Assembly (NCBI GenBank): GCA_012295275.1
Contig: CM022673.1
Coordinates: 19,840,001 to 19,904,000, forward strand
Direction: 5' to 3'
DNA: 64,000 nt
Origin: Chrysomallon squamiferum
Taxonomy: Eukaryota; Animalia; Mollusca
Under the pieces are notes generated by a model that ran no database searches, had not been told where the DNA came from, and saw only the letters and a list, made by a program, of their open reading frames with translations. The position numbers and the translations under genes are program-made. Every line of letters begins with the position of its first letter. Position 1 is the first letter of the stretch. This document shows positions 26,346 to 38,473 of the stretch, in pieces.

Positions 26346-28415
26346 TAGAGATTTTTATTTTTCAGTTCTTCTGACAAAACTTTACCTTTGTTCTTATCAC
26401 ATTGTCCTAATATGTCCATCTGTTTTGATGTCACAACTTTTTTCACTGGATAGTTTGTGGCTCTAAATTCCTTCATAGACCTTTCAACCTTCCAAAATTA
26501 ACATCCAAGATAGGGTTGTAATAAAGTACTAAAACAATAACATATATCCCCAGGGCATTGCAATGCATTATATGTTCATTAACACATTAGAAAGTCCAAA
26601 ATAGCCATTTTGCGCTCAGGTATGTCCACTTCAAATGTCTTTTACTACTAAACTACAAATATTATGTCTGTATTTTTTTTCTTCTGTGTTGTAGGTCATA
26701 TTGTGCAGTTTAATTTTTACTTGAGGTCATTTCAAGGTCATGTGGACAAAAGGTCAATCAGTTAAAAACATTTAGTTTGCAACTGCTGGACTGATGGTGA
26801 TTTAGGCTAGATATGCCAAAATCAAACTGAAGATGGTATAGTTAAACCTACTGGGTGATTTGGCATAGAATGTCCATATTATTATAGTTACTGATGTTAT
26901 TATTATATAAGTAATCACATTAGAAGTGTTGATAATTGTAAGTTTGCAAATATATATATATATTTTTTTTACTTTTTACCCAGTTTGATTTGTAAACAGT
27001 TTTTAAGTGCAGATTATGTTAATACTGATGTCTGTGATATGTCGGTGGTTTGCAGACAAAAAACAAAAACAAGAACAGCTATGTAGCTCTATATGATATT
27101 AATATCAATACTGACTTTGCAGTGTCTTGTCACATAATTAATGTTAGAGGATTATAACTGTGAGATAGATGTCTGAGCCTTGCAGATTTAAAATAGTTTA
27201 TTTTATTATAAACTTCAGGATGACCTAAATAATATTGAATAGTACTGTATGGAACACTAACGTTTAGATATACAAAGACATAAATATGTTTAATGACATT
27301 TTTTTCTTTGAAATATGAGATAGTGTCACTGATTTTTTTTTAAATAACAACTTAAACTGTACCAAGTTTCACAATAATATAAAAAACATTGTAATATCTG
27401 GCTTAGCAAATTTTATGTTGATGTTAAAAATATTTTATAACTGTCACAAATTTGACTTCTATATGATTGTTAAATGAATACACATTCTTGTTGCATTCTT
27501 ATTTTTCACTTTTTAAGTGATAAGGAAAATATATTATTATACTCACTGGACAATTATGACAGTTATTTGGACAGTTATTTGCGGTGTGCTGATGAAGAGT
27601 TGTCTTGATGTTTATTCAGTTATTGTAATGACACTGAAATAACTGCTTCATTTGACGATTTTTTGTTATTTATCTTTATTACATAACATTTGTTTACTAA
27701 TGTTTATGCTTGTTAGCTTCTTACAGTAATGTTTAATGGTTAATTGATTCCATTTGTGACATGTGGAGGCACAGCAATTTGTCATTTTTATTACACTTTA
27801 TCTTACATGATTACTGGCCTAAAGACTGGTTTTGTTTATATAATTATAAACCATTGAGCTTTCCTTGTACAGTTTTTAATATTATTGTCATTTATATTCA
27901 TTCGCCTGTTGATACCATTTAAATCACTTTCCCTCTTCTTGGCTACAGGTGTTTATTTTTACATCAAATCACCTACAAGAAAAAAATATCACTGGATGGT
28001 CTCTTTTCCATACGCTTCACAGCTTCTGTCTGAATCTATTCAAATTTGTCACAATTCCAGCCAGCCCATCTCAGTCTCTTTAAATTTTATCGCCATCACT
28101 CAGTGATTCAGCCCTGACCTAGCCCTGCAGCTATTTACCTACAGGCTGTGTAACAAGGAGCACTGAATATTTTGTCTCTGTAATCTGTGTGTTACCTTGT
28201 GTTCAAACTTTCCAGTGGATTTTTCATTTTTGCTTTGGAATGCTGTTTAAGACCTGATGTTAAACAAAGTCAGTTGAAGATTTTCTGTAAGTTCTACATT
28301 ATATTAATATGAAATAGTTTGTTATTATTTTTATTTGCACCCCCATAAAATTATATTCAATGTTTACCTATATTCATTCTCTTCAGTTGAATATATTTCT
28401 TTATTGTATTTATAT

Positions 28416-29672
28416 GTTTAAGATCTTGAGTTAAAAAAGAAATTGTTAGAAATATTCTGAATTTAGGCAAGTTAAAATTAACTCTTTTTTGGATCCTAAT
28501 TTACATAAAATATCATCTATAAACACAGAATTAATTTTTATAAACACAGTATTAATTCTGCTGAATGCTACCAACAGAACACACAAACACATATATACAA
28601 CATGCTTAACAGATGAACAGACTTCTAATGAAATGAAAGACACTAAGATGGGCTACATCACTCTGACTACCAAAAACTTTTACTGTGATTTTATCAGTAT
28701 TCAAGCATGTCAGATAAATGGGTTGCTTCTATTATTATGTCTGAAGGGAAAAAAAAGAAACTTGTTGTCTCTAGAAGATTTTTGAAATATCATTTCATAT
28801 GAAAGATCAGGAAATTGGATGATTATAGGAGTTTAGAGATGAGAAAGTATAAGCTGTCAGTCTCCTCTGATTTTTCCCAATTTGTGGTAAGAAAGAATTC
28901 ATTACTTGCAGATTTACAGATAAAATACGTTTTGTTCAGTTCACAGTGATGAGCTTGTTCTGATGTTGGTTTGTTGTTGAGGATGTTTCATGTTTTGCAC
29001 AGAGAGTTTCTTGTGAAGAGAAATGCCTGTGCTAGATTTTGAACATCAACACACAATACTATGTTTGTTCTTTAAACTTATTAGAACCACATTCTAATAT
29101 TATAATCTTTAAAATACACCTACAAAATAATCTATTAGCAAAAATATAAAGAATACACTGACTGATTTTAAAAGAAATTTACATAACTATTTATGGATAA
29201 AATTAATATCATTGACAGGAAATATTTGCACAAAATTTGATAGGTTTACTGCACAATTACAAATTTATTCATACAATAAACTGATTCATCAAAAATGTGT
29301 TATTTTGTTTTGCCTATGATTTTACAGTTTAAAAAGGAGCTTGAATATATATATATATATTTTTTAAACCAGCACAAAAATTAATATGCATATGTATATA
29401 TTTTCTGTCATTTAAAATGAACATTAATAATGCAAAGCATGCATCAAACATTTTTATTCTGAAGGAATCATGAATTTTAAAGTAATATTTAGAAACTGTA
29501 AATCAGGGAATAAACAATATAATATGTACTAGCATTCTTAGAGTAAAAATATTCTTTACAAAATTTACATCCTTTTATACAATACCTTAAATGTCAGCAT
29601 AATTTTATACCTATAATTTCATAACAGCAGAAATTCAAAATTAATTAACTTTTAATATAAACAGGAAATACA
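28416..29672 (-). repeat. Right arm of ~1.27-kb inverted duplication
   Basis: Reverse complement of 20447-21720; followed by a (CA)n tract mirroring the (TG)n before the left arm. Confidence 0.95.
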
Positions 29673-31948
29673 GATACATACATGAAAATACATGTGAACA
29701 CACACAGACACACACACACACACACACATACACATGCACACAGTATTAGTTTACATTTTAAAAAACAAGCTATTTAAAACCAAACCAAGAAAAATGAAAA
29801 ATAACTTATTACAAAAATTTTGACTAAAAAACACTTTAAAAAAAAAGAAAAGTAAAAAAGATTGTTATATAAGTAATCGGTGATCAGCTTCAGACTAAAA
29901 TTAACTGAATTAATATGATATAAATTATTATTGTTGTTGTTGTTGTTGTCATTGTGTTGGCTTGTTATAAATTTAATGCTAGAGAATAGCTTGGAGATCA
30001 TCTCTTCAGAACATATGTCTTTTAATATAGAACTAATTGTTAAGAAATAATGATAGTAGCAACATACTCTCTGACATGATATATTAAAAATAACATTAAT
30101 AATAATGAAAAAAAAAATATATATAAATGTGTATGTATGTGTATATATATATATAATCTAAATTTAACTGTAATATTAATTGCTTAATTAATTTGACTTG
30201 GTTTGTGGAAGATAAAATTATATGTGTGTGTTATACATATATATGCAGTCCATGGGTAAGACTTAAAATTTGAGTTTGAATACCTAATCAGTGAACAGAT
30301 TTTTAGTTATTCCATTGACTAAAGTCTCCAAAATTGCAAGACGAGCCCTTTTGGCAGCCATGTTTAAAGATTTTTGATAGTTACACCACATGCTGATATT
30401 TAGTTATAGTTAAATTTTTTATAACAGATATTTATTTTATAATGCATATAGAAAAAAAGGAAAATCAGAAGAAAAAGTTTAAATTTGTTTAACTTTTTTT
30501 CAAGTAAAAACCTCCAGATATTTTCTATCTTTAGGCCAATTTTTCTTCTGAATCATGTAGAGTGGTTTATGAAGAATCTATTATAAATGGTTAAATCAAG
30601 TTCTTCTGGCATTTTATAAATTTGATTTTGACAAAAGCTGCTGTTCAACACCACATAATTGGTTTACAGTTTTGCCAGTGGATTCAATGTTCTCAGAATA
30701 TGATTCAGAATCTGATCTTGCAACCATTTAGGTAATTTTTTCTCATGATTAACTAACTTGTCTTAAGAACTAATGGGTGTGTTATTAATAGACTTTTTTT
30801 TTTTGGAAACAGTTATGATATAATTAAATGCTTATATCTTTATGCGTGCTTCTTTATTATCCCAAAAAAGAAAGAAAATGAATCAAATTATGTATGGTTA
30901 TTGTTAACATTTATGGTCAGGTGAGAGATCTGGGATAGTATTATGAGTGTGAGAAAAGACCAGTTTTCTCAGTTATATAATATGTGCAGCATGTGCAGAT
31001 GAACTTGTAAAAATCTGTGTTTATGAGCTTTGTGACCTTAATTTCTAATCTTTTAGTTACTTTCTGAATTTATAATTGACAGAAACCATACGACTGAAAG
31101 AACATTTAAATGTTCATTTTATCATAGCTTGATGTCTAATTCTATTTGTCTATTACTGTTCATTGACTTAAATCCTTTTTGTTTCTCAAAAGTGAATTCA
31201 CAACAATATATATAGTAATAACTATTTTTTTTCACAGAATGGTTTTTTTTTTTTGAGGGGGGTGTATTTTTTATAATTATTATAAAATTAAAATAAATCT
31301 AATTTCTTGGTATACTTTCAGTTTATTTCAATGTTTAATCAGTGTTTCATTTCAGCCATGTCATTTTGTGGTGTCTACAGCTAAAACACTACACGCAACT
31401 GTAGCAATGGAATAAATTATCACTTCAGTAGGTCTGACAGCTAATCATTATCTAAAATTATACTTTGGTTTTGTTAAGCAAATATTCAGTCAGTCTTTAA
31501 GTTTTATTCAGATGGATAAAATTATGAAAACATTATTTACACAGAGTTTCTTCTTTATGATTTGTAATGATAAATATATTTTATATCACTTGACCAACTG
31601 ATGACATGATATATTCCACAATTACCTCTCTGTTTCTTTCCTTAAATAACCTAAAAAGCAATAAGATGAAACTGACTAAATTATTTATTAATAATCAGTA
31701 AAGCTTCAGTTAGAATCAGAAACATTAATTATTAAGGGTTTCTGCTTTCTGCTTTTACTCTACAGCACAATCATTGAAATATATTTTGAATTGTATTTTT
31801 TCTTTTGTATAATGATAAAATGACATACTTTAACAAAAAATATACAAACACATCAGTTATGTTTTTTATTTATTTTTAACATTGGCATGTTGAACAGTCA
31901 TTGTTAATAAGTGAATATAGCCGACTTAACAGTTTTTGTAAATAAATA

Positions 31949-33554
31949 TGTTTAAACAGCTATTCTGTGTATGTGTGGTCACGACTATTTAAACAGCTAT
32001 TCTTTATGTGAACATGACTGTTTAAATAGCTATTCTTTATGTGAACATGACTGTTTAAACAGCTATTCTTTATATGAACATGACTGATTAAACAGCTATT
32101 CTGTGTATGTGTGGTCACTACTATTTAAACAGCTATTCTTTATGTGAAAATGACTGTTTAAACAGCTATTCTTTATGTGAAAATGACTGTTTAAACAGCT
32201 ATTCTTTATGTGAAAATGACTGTTTAAACAGCTATTCTTTATGTGAACATGACTGTTTAAACAGCTATTCTCTGTGTCTCTGAACATGACTGTTTAAACA
32301 GCTATTCTGTGTATGTGAACATGACTGTTTAAACAGCTTTTCTGTGTCCGTGAACATGACTGTTTAAACAGCTATTCTTTATGTGAACATGACTGTTTAA
32401 ACAGCTATTCTGTGTCTGTGAACATGACTGTTTAAACAGCTTTTCTGTGTCTGTGAACATGACTGTTTAGACAGCTTTTCTGTGTCTGTGAACATGACTG
32501 TTTAAACAGCTATTCTTTATGTGAACATGACTGTTTAAACAGCTATTCTGTGTCTGTGAACATGACTGTTTAAACAGCTTTTCTGTGTCCGTGAACATGA
32601 CTGTTTAAACAGCTATTCTTTATGTGAACATGACTGTTTAAACAGCTATTCTGTGTCTGTGAACATGACTGTTTAAACAGCTTTTCTGTGTCTGTGAACA
32701 TGACTGTTTAGACAGCTTTTCTGTGTCTGTGAACATGACTGTTTAAACAGCTATTCTTTATGTGAACATGACTGTTTAAACAGCTATTCTTTATGTGAAC
32801 ATGACTGTTTAAACAGCTATTCTCTCTGTGTCTGTGAACATGACTGTTTAAACAGGTATTCTGTGTATGTGTGATCACGACTGTGTATGTGAACATGACT
32901 ATTTAAACAGCTATTCTGTGTATGTGAACATGACTATTTAAACAGCTATTCTCTGTATGTGTGATCACGACTATTTAAACAGCTATTCTGTGTATGTGAA
33001 CATGACTGTTTAAACAGGTATTCTGTGTATGTGTGATCACGACTGTGTATGTGAACATGACTATTTAAACAGCTATTCTGTGTATGTGAACATGACTGTT
33101 TAAACAGCTATTCTGTTTATGTATGATCACGACTATTTAAACAGCTATTCTGTGCATGTGAACATGACTGTTTAAACAGCTATTCTGTGTCTGTGAACAT
33201 GACTGTTTAAACAGCTATTCTGTGTATGTGAACATGACTGTTTAAACAGCTATTCTGTGTCTGTGAACATGACTGTTTAAAGAGCTATTCTGTGTCTGTG
33301 AACATGACTGTTTAAAGAGCTATTCTTTATGTGAACATGACTGTTTAAACAGCTTTTCTGTGCCTGTGAACATGACTGTTTAAAGAGCTATTCTGTGTCT
33401 GTGAACATGACTGTTTAAAGAGCTATTCTTTATGTGAACATGACTGTTTAAACAGCTATTCTGTGTATGTGAACATGACTGTTTAAATAGCTATTCTGTG
33501 TATGTGAACATGACTATTTAAACAGCTATTCTCTGTGTGTGAAATGACTGTTTA
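31949..33554. repeat. Minisatellite, 33/35-bp unit with palindromic core CTGTTTAAACAG, ~46 copies
   Basis: Units TGAACATGACTGTTTAAACAGCTATTCTTTATG (33 bp) and TGAACATGACTGTTTAAACAGCT(A/T)TTCTGTGT(C/A)TG (35 bp); 241-bp higher-order period in the middle. Confidence 0.97.
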
Positions 33555-36500
33555 CATGAATGTAAAGCATTAAATACAAATAAATAATTTTTTTATTCAT
33601 TTCAGGTTTTCAATTTATCTGTTCTTTTATTATTTACTTTTATGGTTATAACTATAATACAACTTACATTTATTTAATACATTAATATCTGTAACATGCA
33701 ACTCTGAATGTGACATTAACTGTGACAGCTGAATGTTTTGATAACATGTTTTACTGGGTTATAAAACGTGCATATTTAGGTAATCTGGCAGATAATGAAG
33801 GTAGGTTCATAGACCAGACATTGGGATATATTATTAAGTACATCTATTTCTTTACTGATAAACATTAACATAGACAGCCTGAAATAAGTTGTGTAAAGCT
33901 TCACAGAGTATAATGTGTGTTCTAGAATGTGTAAATATATTTATACATGAGGTAGTGTCCAGTCTGTTTATACAAGTGAATTTTTATGACAATAGCTATT
34001 TTAACTTTTTGAAATTATGTTAATGTAGCAGTAATACATTTTTTTAAATTTACATAAATAATTTTTTTTTTCTTTGCTGTAATTGTTTTGACAATATTGT
34101 AAACACAGAAATATAAAATCTTTTAAAGTTGGTTTCCTTCTTTGGACTGTGAATAAATATGTAAATATAACTATACTTTATACATCATAATTTGTGTACG
34201 TCTGATGCTCCAATGATTTTAATTCAACTCTGATAATTTATATACCATTTCTGAAATATTTGCAAATATTAAAATTTTGAATTGTACATTTTTAATTAGA
34301 ATCATTTTGTTTATATTTTAGGCATATTTTTCAGTTTATAAAATGTTCATGTCTTTTTTAGATGTGTGTATGAGAGATAACAAAATACTTTGTTTCCAGG
34401 TATTCCTAATTTCTGATAACACATTTACTTGTCAAGTCACATGAGTTATTCTAAACTGGGTAGATTTCTTTTTGTTGTTATTACACTTTTAAAAGCTTTT
34501 CAAAGCACTCTGATAATGCTGAATAAATATTCTAATAAAGGTAGGTGTCAAGTTTTGTTACAGTACCAGGAATTTTTTTGAACCTCCATTTATTTTATTC
34601 TATTATTATATTTCAGTTGTCTAAATTATATGTATTCCATTGAAATGTTACTATGCAACTGTTTTAGATAAACTACTTTCTGAGATTAACCTATTAATAT
34701 TAATTTTCTTTTTTTCTGGATTCTGAGTTCAGAAAACAGGTTTGAACAGTTGAAGAAGCATGTATTAAAATTATTTTTGCAAACATACAGTTCATGCTGA
34801 AGGATATAAATTGAAGAATAAATATTCAATAAGACATTAGTATATTCTTGACATTAATAGTTACTGGTGTCAAACACTGGTTTTATATAATGATATTTCA
34901 GACACTATTTGTGACTATCCACCTTGATTTGTAATTGTTCAGCAGACCTTTTATATACATGACCTCTAAAACAGAAATGCACACAACACTGCAGATTATG
35001 TCTTTGTAATTGACTGTACAAATGAGTATGTTCAAGGGAACTAAAATAATACATTTTAAAAAAGTGAAAGAAAAATATTTTTTATCACAGGATCAATCTG
35101 GTTTCAAAGTTTTTCTGTAATTAGTTGCTGTAATGTCATTTGACTTTCTGAGAGTGAAGAACAATAAAAATAGAAAAACTTCTTCTGTTGACATGTTTGA
35201 GAAAGGTTTTCAGTGAACAGGGCCAAGCTGAGGTAAAACATTACCAGCGTGTATTTACAGTGTGCTTAAATATCTTGGCAGAGGGAATGTTGACTGTTTG
35301 TTAACATGAATAACAATATTTTACAAAACAAATTTTCTCAGAAAAAGGCATGTTTGAGCTATTTGCTTTAAAGGAACACATATCCCTTTTATTTGAAAGT
35401 GTTGTGCATGCAGTATATCATTGTGTAATTGTGTATTGTTTCTTTTTTGTTATTATTCATTCTGTTTGTTTTAATTCATAATGAACTTCTTCAGTTTTGT
35501 CTGCATATATTTTAATTTTCATTCTTGAAATGTTTTTCTAGTATTGGTGCTTTGAAGAGTTTAATGTATGTCTTGTTCAGAATAACAGCATAATCATTTG
35601 TTACTGTGGCAACAACAAATGATTGTGAAAAGAATGCTTTTTAAATCATGAAATTTTAAATTAAGCCTAGCAAAATAATTGTTAATTTTACATAAATGTA
35701 GATGTCTGAATGATTCTGTTAAGTTAGTTGGTGTTTCTTCTGTAGCTGTTTGTTTTTCTAACTTACAGTGATAAATAATAACCCTAATTCAGTTAGTTTG
35801 TCACCTTGTTTTTGTCAGTGTCACTGTGACATTACTGAGTCAGTCACAGTACATACAATTGTGGCTCTTGATACTGTGTCATAAATGAGCATAATGCCAT
35901 GTTCAGTATGTGTTGAAAGAAAAGAAATGCTTTGACACAGATTAACAACCAGAATAAAGTTAAATAAGAACTTCAGGTTATTTGATCATTAGATGTATGT
36001 GAATAAAAATAGTGTAATATTTTAGAGTCATAGCTTAATTTAAATTTGATCTAATTCTTCATATGTTTTGAAAAAAATAATGTCTGTGGGAGAAAAAAAT
36101 ATTAAATGAAACAGTAATTCAGACTTTCTATTAACCTTGAATATAAGAAATAATGTATAAATAAATAATTATAAAAAAAGAAAACATTCACTTCAAAATC
36201 ATGTTAAACAGAAAAATGATTAGTTACACTTGATTGTATGTTGAATCCACTTATCCTACAAAACACATCTTTAATCCCACCCACTGCTGCCTTACATCAA
36301 GTTTACTTATTTGTACTTCCCCAGCTATTTACTATGGTGGCCTGGAGATAAAAGACACAAAACACTATTGTTGTATTTATCAAGTGGATTACTGGAGATC
36401 AACACACTTCTAAGGATTTACCAATACTCAAAGTTGAGATCAACTTAGTTTGGAGTTGAACTACATGATTGCAATAGAATAGTGCTAGCATTTTTTCTCT

Positions 36501-38416
36501 CATCTTGTTGTAATAATTCAAATCTCTATCTGTCAATCTGTCATTTAAATTTAGCTGTACAAATTGTTAAAGAAACATAATAAACACTTGAAAAGAAAAA
36601 GGTTAAAGAAATTAGGTCATACAGAGAGAATTGTTAGAATTTAATACTTGTGATTGTAGATTCTGCCAAAAAATTGTGTGCAATTTATTTTATTTTTATT
36701 TATTTATTTATTATTTTGGAAAATCCAATTACTATTAACAAGAGAAAAAAAGCAAGAAAAAAAAGCCTACCTTCTTCAGGATTTACTTTTTGTGTCATTT
36801 AATCTGTCGTGGCAAGGTTCTTTACTAAAGCTGTTCCAAAACAACAAACTTTAGTCATAACACAGGTATTTTGTTATTTACTTATGCAGCATTCTTACCT
36901 TGTATATGCTGTCTATAAGTCAATGAAAGATATTTTTGTTTCATTTTATTAAAATAAAATATGAAAAATGTAATATATATTTTAGAACAGCCCATATGTT
37001 CAAATTAATTAAATTCCTAAAATTTGCTTCATAAATATAATACTAGATTTTAGTCTTCTAGTAAAATGTTGTGCACTGAGTTTTCTCCACAAGGACAACA
37101 TTCAGTAAGTTTATAAACTGAAATAAATAACATTTGTTAACTTCTAAAATGCAAAATTTGCAGAATTTTTAATTTTAATTTTAATTTAATTTAATTATTT
37201 GTATTCCTATTATGCTAATTGATTATGTATCGCTTAGAAATTATTGGTATTTAAACAGCTTATCTGTGACCAGTCTGATTTATAAAACATCTGCAGCAAG
37301 CATTAAATCTCTTCTACACAGTGCATATCAATATATGTATTTATTCAGGTGTGAAAGCGTTTCTCCAGTTCATTCATCATACAGTGTTGTTTTTCTGCCT
37401 TATTTGTTGGTTCAGAGATGATGGTTGGATGTGGGGGCAACCAAGTCACAAATTTTAACACTTTTTCCTTGTGTTAAATATACTTGGCAGTTTGTGCCTT
37501 GGTCTTCATTCAAACCATACAATGTAGGATACTTACTGGAGTTATCAAAAAGCCTTATAACTTAGAATTATCAAAATTTGTCTGTTTGAATATTAAAAAG
37601 ATAAATCCCAGAGTAATATTAATATATTTTACTGAAATGTGTTTGTACATTATTATTATTATTTAATTTAATCATCATAATTCATGTCCAAGAGGAATAA
37701 AACCAGCCAATATATAACCTTCTTCCTTTTTAATGTTCCCACAAAGCTGAATTCTTTGATTTCTCTTTCCTACATTAATAATAATAATAATAATTCAGCT
37801 TTGATACAGAACTGAAAGCTCAAAGACAAGAAAAAAGAAAAATCCAAAACCAATCAGAGAAAACCCCCACATAAATCACCATGGATTGCAAAATCACCAT
37901 CTAATCAATCAGTGCCAATTACCAAATTATTTCTAAATATTTTCAGCAGTACAGTTTCCATGAAATGTAAGAGTAAGATAACAAAAATTATATTTCAAAA
38001 TTAAATACAGTGCAGGACTAATGCTCAACAAACTCATTCCATTTAATTACATGTAGCAATATGTACATACTGATGTTTAGAAAATGGTTACAATCTAAAT
38101 TTTCACATTATTGGACAGTCACTGATTTAGTGAGGTTATAATATGTAATGGTAGTACTTTAGACTTCTTTTATTTGTGATTAAATACTGACGTTATGCAT
38201 ATTATCTGTTTTAACAACAAACAGAATGAGTGAACTTTTGTTTTTAACATAAGAAATCTATAAAGACTGAGTATACATTCATAACATGGAAGGCCTGAAG
38301 TGAATTGATGGTTTAGATTAATATCGTAATTATTTTTATTGGAGTATTGTATATCATTAGATTTATTTTCACTGTGAAGTATGCTAAAACATAATATTCT
38401 GAAATTATAATATTTC

Positions 38417-38441
38417 GTATTTATGAAATCCTAATACTTTA

Positions 38442-38473
<32 letters not shown>

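Noticed and set aside
21350-28785. Duplicated ORFs (113/98 aa and 71/65 aa) suggesting a paralogous gene pair
   Set aside because: They only reflect the inverted duplication; no recognisable domain or splice structure, and their ends differ between copies.
31949-33554. CRISPR-like appearance (palindromic ~33-bp repeats)
   Set aside because: Units are head-to-tail with no unique spacers, there are no cas genes, and the context is eukaryotic; it is a minisatellite. ORFs 32096-32287 and 32708-32896 are repeat artefacts.
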